From Octopus sinensis (taxonomy: Eukaryota): 64,000 bases of DNA. The translations under genes were made by a program, and so were the position numbers. Of the stretch, positions 13,779 to 26,312 are shown piece after piece. How positions within the stretch are numbered: position 1 is the stretch's first letter; each line of letters begins with the position of its first letter. The notes beneath the pieces are model-generated. The model worked only from the letters and a program-made list of their open reading frames with translations, was not told the origin of the DNA and ran no database searches. The DNA is taken from the NCBI RefSeq assembly GCF_006345805.1, contig NC_043012.1, positions 18,104,001 through 18,168,000 on the forward strand. Reading direction: 5' to 3'.

Positions 13779-14899
13779 ATGTATGTATGTATATATATAT
13801 GTTTATCTATGTTTGTCTATGCATATATATACACATATATAACAGCATACTAACCACGTATATTTCGAAATTGCTATGTCGTATTGTTACATTGGAGTCA
13901 TGAATATATTCGATTTAATCTGTTTTATTTGCTTTTATATATATATATTTATACGTCAGCGATTTGCAATTTTGTCAATAAATCAAATATAATGATTTGC
14001 GGTATTACTTTTGACGCGCCGATTCCGATTCTTGCGAAGATCAGCCTTGTCTCATATGCTTCATTTCGAAATCGATAACTATGTAAATAGGCCAGCGTGA
14101 AACTTGGCAATAATGCTTGATAGAACTGTAATTGTTCCGGCTCTATCAACTTTGTTTTCAAATTTTATCTAACGCAAAGTCCGTGAATCTTGTGCTAGGA
14201 GTTGTTCCCAGAGATAGTAACTGAATATCTATGTATTCCCAGTTTCAAACTTCGAACATTGTTTTGAGATTTGATACGATACTCAGATTAATATCAGAGA
14301 TATGCAAGTTCAATTTGTTGCATTAATAATTGTACGACTGTTTACAGTTTTTAAGGTTTCAGGTTTTCTTTGTGTCATCATACGAATTGAGTGATGATAA
14401 TCGTCGGGAGCTTCTGTGAATTGGTAATGCATTGCTGTAGCTCAGAAGTGTTTATGAATTTGTGATTTTGTTTCAAAGTAAATACACTGTCAAATGAAAA
14501 TCTGTTATGAGAAATCATTCATTGATATATTGGAAGTCACATGTGTACACAATCCATCTGCATAAATACACACGCATACACACACGCGCGCGTACACAGA
14601 TTGAGAGACAGATAATTATCAGACACAGACATACCGACACACACACGCACAGACACGCAAACACAAATACACATATGTGAAGTTAACTGTGTGTTAATAA
14701 GATGCTTGAGGCGGAGGCGAATTTACTTAGTGACAAACCCATATGAAATCAAATATCTTTTGTCAGTCTCTCCATACAAATAAGGATGAACTCCAACAGA
14801 TGTAATGCTTCTCGTTTGATATAAACTTCTCTATCTCTCTGAATGCATACACGCACAGACGCACGCACTCACACATTGACAAATACATGTGTGTGCTTG

Positions 14900-14951
<52 letters not shown>

Positions 14952-15480
14952 ATATTATATATGAGTGCTCGGGGCGTGTAAAGAAAGTGAGCAAATTAGC
15001 AAAACCGACAGGCAACCAGACTTCCACTTGTTTTTCAATTTATGGCTCTTACTTAAATATTCATAACGCAAATGAACATTTGAAAATGCTCAACAAAGAT
15101 ATCAGCCTAATATTCTAAACTAGACAATGACACATTATTATAAATTCTACGAGTTTAACAAGTGAAAGCAATATTACTACAACATTTATTGAAAGACATT
15201 TCAGAGGTAAAACGCAAATTTTATAATTGTCTTTAAGCAATTATTATTGCTGTACGTTTTGCAAGTGTGTTTCGAAAGATATGAAAACAAATATAATTTA
15301 TGTGAGCAAATCATACCCGCCACACGCACACACACACACACATATCTTTTTATGTATTTACATATATATAAACTGAAATTGAAATTTACATACATGAATT
15401 AATGTATGCAAGAACAAAACACCTATTCATTGAAGAATAGGTATTTTTTAATGATTTTCCCTTGTGTTGGTTGAGATAAG

Positions 15481-15496
15481 ATTATTATTATTATTA

Positions 15497-15527
<31 letters not shown>

Positions 15528-15575
15528 CATCATTATTATTACTATTATTATTATCATTATCATTATTATTATTAA
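15481..15575. repeat. (ATT)n/(ATC)n microsatellite
   Basis: Direct inspection. Confidence 0.95.
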
Positions 15576-15831
15576 ATACGACGCACATTTCTCTGATTTA
15601 GGAATTGACATTTTAACTACACTTGTAATCATGTAAAGTACTATATTAATCCGAGTTTCTTTCCCAAAATCAGATGTACCTAGAAAACCTGTTTTGCAGC
15701 AGGAGCTCAAAATGCATGCATACTAACACACACGAAACATATACACACACACGAACGTGCGCACTCATACACACGCATACATCATGCATACGCACATATA
15801 TATCTATCTGCTATATATTTCTATCTATGTA

Positions 15832-15834
<3 letters not shown>

Positions 15835-15876
<42 letters not shown>

Positions 15877-15901
15877 TAATATATATATATATTATATATA
15901 T

Positions 15902-15985
<84 letters not shown>
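15835..15985. repeat. Long interrupted (TA)n microsatellite (representative of dozens in the window)
   Basis: Direct inspection. Confidence 0.95.
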
Positions 15986-15988
<3 letters not shown>

Positions 15989-16159
15989 AATATATATATA
16001 TGAAAGAACGTTTGAAAATGGTTTCGTTTATTATTATAAACGAAAACGAAAAAATGGTAAAACAGATCAGTTCATCTCAAATTCTTTGTAAACTCCTAAA
16101 TATATCTCCCTCTGTGTATATATATACAAACCAAAATATGTCATCTTTGAACTTATATT

Positions 16160-16206
<47 letters not shown>

Positions 16207-16516
16207 CCTCCAAACAAATATAATTTTTAATGAAATCCTAATATTTTTAATGTACTTTTTAATATTTTCGCAAGATTTTTCCTTGTGAACTGTTTTAAAA
16301 TTTTCTTATTATTTTCAAAGAATTTATATATGAATTGTAATACTTTGTGACAACCAGTACTTAACACAACAGCGCTTTTGCAGAGCTTTTACATATTACT
16401 TTTGACAATGGTTTTTTCTAAAAAAGGGAAACCGGTCAAGTGATTGCATTTTCAAACCTTCTTTCATATATATTTCCACTCGTGCGGTATCTTGCAACTT
16501 CACTTTGTTATATTAT

Positions 16517-16591
<75 letters not shown>

Positions 16592-17376
16592 GCGTGTATA
16601 TATGTATGTATATACATGTATATATATATGTATATATAATGTATGTAGTATGTATGTATGTATGTATGTATGTATGTATCATATTTATGTACAATAATTA
16701 GAGTAGCATACTAAATATAAAACAATAACGTGAGAAGGAATTTAAGAAAATAAAAACTCAAATAGAAAGAAATGCCAGGAATTTAAAATTCGCTGAAAGT
16801 GAAACAACCCAATTAAGCATAGTTAATAACGTCGAATTGAAGAAAAGTTCAGCTGGAATCAGAAAAGAATAACTTTATCTAAAGGCGTAAATAGTATTAG
16901 ATAAATGAATTTGTTTCTACCATGAATGATCAAATTCAATCTAAATCTGTGGGAAATATGAAAAACCATGTTTGTAATTGTTCTTAACGGGAATCTTATT
17001 ATGTAAAAAATGAGTGTATGTAATATATGGATGTAAAGTTACATCTGGGGGTAATGAATATTTTTACATAGGTAGGTCATCATTAATTTTCAAGAGAAGT
17101 TTGGCAAATTGTTTGGCAAATCGCTTTGAGTTTAGTTAGAGATAAAGATAAATTATTCCAAACAAGTCTTAACAGATTAATGTGGTTAATTAAGGACAGG
17201 AACAAAGACTATATTATCAATTGGTAATTAATTTGTACTGTGAAACCTTTCAAATCTGGAACTAAAAAATATGACATATGTTTAGAAGAATTTTACCAGC
17301 TTTTTACATCAGGAGTAATGAACTAAATTCTAGACTGGAACAAGCTTTGAGATGCTTCCACATGAGGAAATTCCCA

Positions 17377-17612
17377 TTTTTTTTTTTTTTTTTTTTCTGT
17401 ACTTGTTTCAGTCATTTGACTGCGGCCATGCTGGAGCACCGCCTTTTAGAGTGGTGAAAGAGTACAGCAGGGATCACCACCTCCTGCCGGAGCCTCGTGG
17501 AGCTTTTAGGTGTTTTCGCTCAATAAACACACACAACGCCCGGTCTGGGAATCGAAACCGCGATCCTCCGACCGCAAGTCCGCTGCCCTAACCACTAGGC
17601 CATTGCGCCTCC
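17377..17612 (-). mobile_element. Chimeric SINE: family A tRNA head plus family B 3' tail with poly(A)
   Basis: Reverse complement: ggaggcgcaatggcctagtggttagggcagcgg...ctctttcaccactctaaaaggcggtgctccagcatggccgcagtcaaatgactgaaacaagtacag(A)20. Confidence 0.85.
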
Positions 17613-17793
17613 ATATTTGCCAAGTATAAATGAGTAATAGACATTTAAACAACAAAATGGTTTGAAATAATGGACTATGAGTGATTATCCAATGAAATCT
17701 TGAAATGGAGATTGTTCGTGTCTAACTATACATCATGCAACGCAAATTAGATAAACGAAAGGCTTTAAACAGTTAAATTGAAGGATGTTAAGT

Positions 17794-17860
17794 AAAGACA
17801 CTGAAGAAACTGCACCGGTATTAAAGTAAAGTTGCAATTGCAACGGTGCAGTTGAAACAT
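17794..17860 (+). ncRNA. Type I hammerhead ribozyme motif (3' part disrupted)
   Basis: CTGAAGA (17801-17807), perfect 10-bp stem II aactgcaccg/cggtgcagtt, then GAAAC (17854-17858). Confidence 0.6.
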
Positions 17861-17861
17861 A

Positions 17862-17990
17862 AATAACCATATTTTTCTCTGTCTTATCGTCAACATCCCC
17901 AAGAAATTGTCCATGAATTATTTTCCTTATCCACCTATGCTCAGTTTCCTTCATTCTCAAGTGCTTGTACAGTGCTTTATCTTTGCAATT
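17862..17990 (-). pseudogene. Dong/R4-clade non-LTR retrotransposon fragment
   Basis: Minus strand reads CKDKALYKHLRMKETEHRWIRKIIHGQFLGDVDDKTEK, resembling the W..K.LHGQF post-RT motif of R4/Dong; it abuts a (TAA)n tract. Confidence 0.6.
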
Positions 17991-18033
17991 ATTATTATTA
18001 TTATTATCATCATCATCATCATAATCATCATCA

Positions 18034-18094
<61 letters not shown>

Positions 18095-18177
18095 CATTAT
18101 TATTATTATTATTATTATTATCGTTATTATTGTTATTATTGATATTATTATTATTATTATTATTACCATTATTATTA

Positions 18178-18221
<44 letters not shown>

Positions 18222-18311
18222 GTTATTATTGTTATTATTGTTATTATTATTATTGTTATTATTATTATTATTATTATTACCATTATTATTATCATTATTA
18301 TTATTATTATT

Positions 18312-18344
<33 letters not shown>

Positions 18345-18356
18345 GATGATGATGAT
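17988..18356. repeat. ~370 bp compound (ATT)n/(ATC)n/(GTT)n microsatellite
   Basis: Direct inspection; source of the poly-N, poly-I and poly-L ORFs. Confidence 0.97.
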
Positions 18357-18749
18357 ATATTGTATGTTTGAATGTTTACATATGTTCACCAAATATTTTC
18401 AAATGAAGACCTCTTGAAATATTTTACAAATTTTATCTTATTTTTGTTTCGAGGTCCTTAATGCTTCTAGATTTGTAGATGTGTTGTTACCTTCCCAATG
18501 AGTCTGTGACATTTGGAGCAAATGGAAATCTTTTGCCAAATATTCGTGCTGCGTGTTTCTTATTAACTCTGCGAGAGGAATTCCTTTCTCGCAGTTTTTG
18601 ACGAGTAATAATTCTCCCGGGCAACTGATATCTACAACAATGCATGGCTTTGTTATTCTTTTCCCATATTATAATGCATAACCTTCTATGCTCACAAAGA
18701 ATTGCTGCTTATTAATAATATATTCCATTAGTATTTTTATTGTTTTTCA

Positions 18750-18960
18750 GTCGTGTTTCTTTCCCATGGACAAGATATCTCAAGAACCGCTGGAAGGATT
18801 CGGATGAAACTTACAGAGATGTTTGGCCACATGGCTGGCACAAGCTGCGTAGACTTTGGGATCGATACGGCACCGGAAAGATTCTGGATTATTTGTTATA
18901 TTTACTTTACTGCACATGATTACGATCTTAAGTTCACTTTGAAGTCTATCACAATTATTT
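18750..18960 (+). mobile_element. Possible Helentron-associated non-autonomous element (HINE/DINE-like) fragment
   Basis: gatatctcaagaaccgctggaaggattcggatgaaactt resembles the conserved core seen in such elements; termini not identified. Confidence 0.35.
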
Positions 18961-19124
18961 CATTTTAGGCTGTTCCAAATGTTTACTTCTGTTTCTCTAT
19001 TATTCATTTTACTCGCGTTTCTATTTTAGTAGAAACTGATGGATAAAGAAATCAAACTACATAAACAAACGGCAGAAAACCGTTCAGAAATTAAATATCA
19101 CTAACGTATTATTATTATTATATA

Positions 19125-19162
<38 letters not shown>

Positions 19163-19892
19163 TATTAAATTTATAAATGAGGGTAAAAAATTTGATATTA
19201 TTTAATAATACCTTCAATTTAACCCAAGTGGCTTAGCACATAAAAAAACAAGGGAAATTACCAATTTACAGTATACTTACATATATATAGAGGTCTATAC
19301 ATCGATCTAAAACAACAGGAATACTAAACAAAGGACGATATTTAAGTGAAGAGAAAAGCCAAAAGAACTCATGCTGTTCATTTAAAAATTTCTGAATAGA
19401 ACTTATTATTACCGCCACCTTTGAAATTATTTTGAATGGTGAATTTGTTAACTTTGGCTTGTAATAGATAAATTATTTATTACTGTTACTAAATTTTCTA
19501 AAGACACCTTCACAATCCAGAAATGCCATTGTGATTGATTAGGATGCTGGACTATTTTTCTGTTTTTTTTTAAAAAATTAATTGTTGAGAACTGTCGGGT
19601 TCATTTATTCTCCTTTGTGAGAACAGTCGAGTTTATTTCAAATATTCTAATTTAAAAAAAAAAAATTCTGACTAATCGCTGAGAGAACGTTGGTGTCACC
19701 TTGGGGAGGTTTGTTCTCCCTGAATGCTATTGTCCTTATTGGTGTGAATATTTTCTGCATCTGATGTGCTTTCGCTTGGTCGTCATGTCAACCCTTCTTG
19801 TCCACTGAATTTTTTTGTGTGAACATATACGCGAGGTCACATGTGCACATGGAACATACGGGTATGTACTGAGGTAAAGAAAAAAGATACAC

Positions 19893-19927
<35 letters not shown>

Positions 19928-20118
19928 AACACACACGCATATATATTCTAAGTTGAAATGCATACCTAGTATACAAGGCACGTTTATCCACACACGCCGA
20001 CACATATACCTACATCAAACAATTCAGATATCTGAATTTGAACGAAAGTGTCTTGAGGCTTTTTTATAGGCTGGCTTTAGCTCTGCAAATGAAAAAAATT
20101 AATTATTCCAAAGGGAAG

Positions 20119-20180
<62 letters not shown>

Positions 20181-21949
20181 ATGTATGTATGTGTATGCGT
20201 GTGTCTGTGTGTGTGTGTGAGTGTGTGTGTGTATTTGTATGTATCTATAATTATACTCACATACACAAGCATATATTTTAGTAATATTCGACTTAATTTT
20301 TCTGAAGTCATCTCGTTTTTATTTGTGTTCAGGATCATTGAAAATGACGGTTTGTTGGTGGACGTAATGGTGCTAATCTTCAAATATGGATGCGAATATC
20401 TCCAAACGTGATACACATACTTCTGTATATCTAAATTATTTATGTTTAATTTCTCTTAAGAAAGACGAAAAAAAAAATTTGAAGCAAAAAATAAACTGTA
20501 ACATTTTTAAGCTATTTTGTATGTAGTCACAAATTGCTATAAAATAAAGCTTCATCTCCATTAGTTATCACTGTTGTAAACATGTTTTACTTTTATAGTA
20601 GAATAATATTAGAGTATTTATGAAATTTGAATAAGAATCCAAAATATTTGATTTATGGAAGTTTTTTTGTTTGTTGTAGTCGTAAATTGTACTTAAGAAA
20701 TCTTATGAAGTTGAGACGCATAGGCAATTAGAATAATTGAATATGCAAAATTGATTAAGCATGTTATTTTTCTTGAGAAAAATCTGAAGCAAATTCATTT
20801 TGAACTATATGAAAAAAGAAAATAACAATGAAAGATAAGAAAAAAAATAATATATTTATTAAAAAAAATTGGGAAATACATAACAAACCTGCATATATGT
20901 ATGTGTGTGTATGTGTGTGTATTCCTTAATGTGTCGGTATGTGTCTATATGTGTGTGTGTACATATACATATACGTTACATGGAATTGTTCTATTGGTAG
21001 ATACAAGAGAGTGATAGGTAAAAATATGTATATCACGCATATATTTAATATACATTATACGCTATTCGATGTAAACGTGCACATCGTGATAGATTCTTCA
21101 GGGAATATCAATGGTTTGACTTTTAGTAACCTACTAGTTATCATTGTAATCGATCAGCTGAAGAGAATGGTAGCCTATAAATCAAAATTTGGCTTGCTCC
21201 TATCACTTCACGCTTGTTGCCTTCTGTTCATGTCCGAATAAACTAACTTCTAATTACTATCAAGAGAAATTCGATGTGATTGATCAAAATGCTAGAAAGA
21301 GAAGCTAAATAACCCGTAAAATTGTATCCTAGCTTCTGAAATAATGGAAAGCTCTAGATGATGGAGTATTAGAAAGAAAAGAAAGAGATCGCCTCCACTA
21401 AAATTCCATTAATCTTATATTCACTCGATAAAAGCCCATCAGGAACTAAAAATCAAATGAAACAACTGCTGAATATCGAGGCACCATTTTACGGACATTC
21501 AGTTTTCTAGTTTAATACATCAGAAGTATTATAATTCCATTGTCAGCGACTAGTGTGACTGCATATCTTTTAGTCCTGGTATTTCGCAAATGCCAGCTAT
21601 AACAATGTAAATGTGGTTAGTTATGATTGAATTGCACTTCACAGTGAATTAAAATAAGTCTTCGCTTACATGTTTTATCCATAACTCATAAATTAAGCAT
21701 TTACTTCTTAATGATCGAATTCATACATATTTTATTATTTCAATTATTAATATCTGAAAACAAACTCTCATTATCTTAGAAAAGTGATAAATAACGTAAT
21801 AGCATTTATGGAGATATTTCTCACTAACAACAGTTAGCATGCAACAAAGTGTCAATATTGCAGCTCTGATTAGAAAGTTATGGACAAACCTTCTTCCAGT
21901 CACACGCTATTATGGTAAGAAAAAAAAAAGACCTATTACATAACGTGGT

Positions 21950-22162
21950 GCTATTGGTTTCAAATTTCGGTACAAGGTCAGTAATTTGGGGGGAGTGGGT
22001 AAGTCGATTACATCGACCCTTGTACTTATTTCATCGGCCACGAAATATATGAAAGACTAGTTGGCCGCGGCGGAATGTGAACTTAGAACATTCAGATGAA
22101 CTAAACGACGTTAAGTATTTCTTTAGCGGGCATATTAACGATTCTGCCAGTTCGCCACCCTT
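21950..22162 (-). mobile_element. SINE family C, full-length degraded copy
   Basis: Reverse complement starts taagggtggcgaactggcagaatcgttaatatgcccgc and ends ...ttgtaccgaaatttgaaaccaata. Confidence 0.75.
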
Positions 22163-22179
22163 ATTTGGAACTATATATT

Positions 22180-22570
22180 GGGATGGATGCACTCCGTCGG
22201 TTACGACGATGAGGGTTCCGGTTGATCCGAATCAACGGAACAGCCTGCTCGTGAAATTAACGTGTAAGTGGCTGAGCACTCCACAGACACGTGTACCCTT
22301 AACGTAGTTCTCGGGGATATTCAGCGTTACACAGAGAGTGACAAGGCCGGCCCTTTGAAATACAGGTACAACAGAAACAGGAAGTAAGAATGAGAGAAAG
22401 TTGTGGTGAAAGATTACAGCAGGGATCACCACCATCCCCTGCCGGAGCCTCGTGGAGCTTTAGGTGTTTTCGCTCAATAAACACACACAACGCCCGGTCT
22501 GGGAATCGAAACCGCGATCCTCCGACCGCGAGTCCGCTGCCCTAACCACTGGGCCATTGCGCCTCCACAA
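22180..22570 (-). mobile_element. SINE family A, full length with 12-bp TSD; tRNA-derived head (octopus OR-type SINE-like)
   Basis: TSD gaactatatatt at 22168-22179 and 22571-22582; A box TGGCCCAGTGG and B box GGTTTCGATTCC on the minus strand; (catc)-type tail. Confidence 0.92.
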
Positions 22571-23107
22571 GAACTATATATTAAAAGATGATCGAATGCC
22601 CTATTAGAACGTTGTCCTTATATATGTAACTAATCTGAGGCTAAATGAATCGCAACACACAGAAAACTACGAACATATGCCATCAAACCCACAAACAGAA
22701 GATCACTATTTAATGAGGATAAAAGAAATGAAAATGTTATGCGCCAAACGTCCAGAGCAAAACGTCAGAAAACAATTTTGCAGCAATGCTTGCCACCTTA
22801 ACACACGTTTAGATAAATAAGTAATCATGTTACTCATAAATAAATCTTGAACGGAATTATTTTCCGATGAATTTTAATTCAAAAGATTTGATCTCATTCT
22901 GAAGTACAAACGTATGCCTCCTTTAGAATGGGATCACAAACGATCTGTCTCTCTCTGCCTCCCTCTCTCTTTCTGCCTCTCTCTCCCTTTCTGTATATAT
23001 AGATAAAACTTACTTGGAAGTGGATGCATGGTGTTCATCATATAATAATATAAATAAATATATAATATATATATATATTATATATATATATATATATAAT
23101 ATATATA

Positions 23108-24390
23108 TATGCATATATATATATACGTATATGTACATACTTACATCTATACGTATATGTATATAGGCATATGTGGGCACACGATGTCATGAAACATGCA
23201 CAATAAACAAAAATACGAAGAGCGAGTAAATGGAACGTGATCTATATTTTCGAACAACGAAAGGCACAAATGGAAAACAAAACAAACAACATGAAGAACG
23301 AACCTTCATCAGTTGTTGGCTGATTTTCTACTCTCGTATTTCGAGCATTTAACAACAATATACGCTTTCGATAAAACAGTTGTTCCTGCAAAGCAAATTA
23401 TATAAAATTTGGGATTTTGAGAAGAGTCAAAATATGTAACAAACAGGAGAGTGAAAACCAGGAGGAAAGTCTGCTAAGCTTAAACGTGGCTGTGGTAACG
23501 AACGCGTGAATCAAGTGTGGAAAAGAGACAAGCAAGAACTCGTCGTCTTTGTTCCAGTAGAAAGGAGAGAAAGAAAGAAACACAAGTTAGGAGACGATAG
23601 TCGATGGGTACGTTGAGCCACGTGAGAAAGGAGGGAGAGAGAGTAACAGCAAAGAATAGTGGGAGAAAAGGAGGTAAAAGAATAAGAGAGAGAAAGAGAG
23701 AAAAACGAAAGAGTAAAAAGATCGCGTGCGCATCAGAATTATTAAAATTAAACTTATTTGGAAGAGGATGCGTACTCTTTCGTTCTTCTCTCTTTCTATC
23801 TCTTATTCTTTTAACTAAATTACCCCCATCATTCTTTCCTATTACTCTGTCACTCTCTCTCCCTCCCTCCTCCTCCGTTGCTGACGTGGCTCTCATGTGA
23901 CCATCGGCCATCTTCCTTCTACTAACTTGTGTTTCTTTCTTACTCTCCGTTCTAGCAGGAACAAGGGAGACGTGTTCTTGATTGCCTTCTGTCCACGCCC
24001 GAATTACCCATTCGCCACCACGACCTCCTTTAGGTTAACCAGCCCTTCCTGTTTGTTTTCACTCTCCTGTTTCCATTATCTATTTTGGCCCTCCGCAAAA
24101 TCCCAAATTTTATTTAATTTGCTTTGCAGGAGCAAATGTTTTATCGAAAGCGTATATTGTTGATAAATGTTCGAAATAAGGTAGTAGAAATACAGCCATC
24201 AGCCGATGAAGTATCGTTCTTTTCGTTGTTTGGTTCATTTTCCATTTGTGTCTTTCGTTGTCCGAAAAATAGTTCATGTTCCATGTACTCATACTTCGTA
24301 CTGTTTTGTTGTATATATTTCATGACGTCGTGCGTTCACATATGCTTATATATACGTATAGATGTATGTACATATATACGAATGTATATA

Positions 24391-24395
<5 letters not shown>
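23108..24395. repeat. Long imperfect inverted repeat (fold-back), arms ~600 bp, spacer ~55 bp
   Basis: 23167-23715 aligns to the reverse complement of 23773-24345 throughout (e.g. gcatatgtg/cacatatgc at the outer ends, acgaaagagta/tactctttcgt at the inner ends); the flanking degenerate TA/TATG tracts are also mirrored. Confidence 0.93.
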
Positions 24396-24434
<39 letters not shown>

Positions 24435-24449
24435 TGCCTCTATCTCTCA

Positions 24450-24486
<37 letters not shown>

Positions 24487-24506
24487 ATATATACATTATA
24501 TATGTA

Positions 24507-24552
<46 letters not shown>

Positions 24553-24655
24553 CATCTATCTTTCTGTCTATCTATCTATCTATCCCTCTCTCTCTCTATC
24601 TCTCTCTCTATATATATATGTTTACAAACATACATAATATATACATACATATATA

Positions 24656-24697
<42 letters not shown>

Positions 24698-24980
24698 GTA
24701 CGTATGTAATTTTGTATGCCTTTGTATATTTGGGGATGCATGATACACCATTTTTTTTCAAATGACAAACCATGTTCATATTGATTTTCGAAAGCAAGTC
24801 ACTGGTAAATCATTTTCGATTATTCTTCGTACAAATACACCTGAAATCCTTTGTCTCCTCAGTAAATTTAATGATGTAGGCCATTCAGATAAAGTAGAAG
24901 AAAAAGTGCATTTTGTCATTAAAATTGCATTGACATAAAAGATAATTGGATACTGCTGCGTGTATACATACATAAATACA

Positions 24981-25012
<32 letters not shown>

Positions 25013-25027
25013 CATACATACATACAT

Positions 25028-25086
<59 letters not shown>

Positions 25087-26227
25087 TATATATATTATAT
25101 ATATATATACATACATACATATACACACGCACAGATACATGCACTTTCTGTTTTTTAGGGCTATTAACTTTTACATCAAAGCTTATTTGGTTTCACTTTC
25201 GATTAAGACATATAAAGGGAACACTTCCATTAAACACATTTATTATGATCTTTACGATCCATTTTCGTTTCTTTATTTCTTATCACAATAAGTACACTTT
25301 AGTCAGTGGTGATGTCGTTGTTATTGTTATCTTTCTTGTTGATTTCGGTATTTTAGGTTTATTCAGCACAACCCTTATTGAGCGAAAGCTCGATCATAGT
25401 CCTTTCAAACGAGCCAAATCCTGTATTTATCATCCTCCTCCTCATCATCATCATTATAGTCGTCGTCGTCGACGTTGTTTTTGCTGATGTTGTTGTCACC
25501 GTTGTAGTTGCTGTTGTTGTTGTCACCGTTGTAGTTGCTGTTGTTGTTGTTGCTTTTGCTCTTTATGGTTTCATTGGTGTCATTAGGAAGATCACTATCT
25601 AATATGTCTTTCATTTTTTTCTAAAATGATAGAGCATAATTTGAGAAATATCATAAACCCATCTCCCGATGGGAGTTCGGGTGATGATGGGGTAATGATA
25701 TTCGGGCTGGAAATTAGTATTTAGTTGCCTGGGAGATGTGTAAAATGGAAGCACCCTAGTGTATTAAAACCACAGTCATTTTACTGAACCTCCATCTTGG
25801 AAGGTTCAAAATCCCGACATAAATAGCAGCCGAATGGCGATTAATGTGTCGACTGGTTCCATTTTATTATTTTCTTTGTCTTTTTTCGGTCACATTTAAC
25901 CCCAGATCAGCACCAGTGAAACACGCCTGTCAAACATTTTTCTACCAATTTTTTCAAGAACTGAATAATCATGGATTCTCAAATTTTTTAAATCAAAGTG
26001 TGTAGTTTCGAAGATATCAAGCTGCTATTTTTGCAAGTCTTGGTAAATTTCTAGAGGGTTCTAATTTGGCACATAACTTAAATATGCTAATGAATACTGG
26101 ATTTAATCAATGAATTTAAGTTATTAATTAACCAATAAAACTGTACAAAAATATGAGATGCTTAACTCAAAGCGTAAACTGATTTTTTAATCTTATTTTT
26201 GCTGTTATTATTGTTGTTGCTGCTGCT

Positions 26228-26269
26228 ACTGATGTAGCAGTAGTAGTAGTAGTAGTAGTAGTAGTAGTT

Positions 26270-26311
<42 letters not shown>

Positions 26312-26312
26312 T
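26228..26312. repeat. (TAG)n microsatellite
   Basis: Direct inspection. Confidence 0.95.

Larger units (their letters stand above)
16690..17860 (+). pseudogene. 5'-truncated Naiad-type Penelope-like element: thumb, GIY-YIG endonuclease and 3' UTR, interrupted by a SINE
   Basis: Plus-strand pieces read VCNCS*RES...YGCKVTSGGNEYFYIGRS...RDKDKLFQTSLNRLMWLIKDRNKDYIINW...KPFKSGTKKYDICLEE. Homologous to the minus-strand copy at 44640-45550, including 3' UTR catttaaac...ggtttgaa..atggact. Confidence 0.8.

Noticed and set aside
15835-15985. Apparent code in recurrent single-base interruptions of (TA)n tracts
   Set aside because: Explained by slippage mutation or sequencing/consensus indels; no periodicity evident.
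16940-16975. In-frame stop in the PLE Cys cluster as possible selenocysteine
   Set aside because: The stop is TAA at a non-Cys position (CNCS*), where the other copy has Lys; a simple nonsense mutation.
17733-18392. 219-aa poly-Asn ORF and overlapping poly-Ile/poly-Leu ORFs (also 50717-51169)
   Set aside because: Translations of (ATT)n microsatellite; the only real peptide is the short Dong/R4 remnant.
22490-22566. tRNA-like sequences with A and B boxes (also 17535-17612, 31860-31934)
   Set aside because: SINE heads: no acceptor stem closure, weak anticodon stem, and continuous with the SINE body.
23270-23345. CTGATGA and CGAAA words on the minus strand of the fold-back left arm
   Set aside because: I could not fold a stem II/III joining them in any hammerhead topology; the mirror copy has CCGATGA.
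23480-23911. 143-aa charged/hydrophobic ORF and its antisense partner 23604-23900
   Set aside because: They span the centre of the fold-back repeat; composition follows the purine/pyrimidine mirror.
25488-25555. 27-bp direct repeat (gttgttgtcaccgttgtagttgctgtt x2)
   Set aside because: Ordinary slippage duplication inside a degenerate (GTT)n tract.
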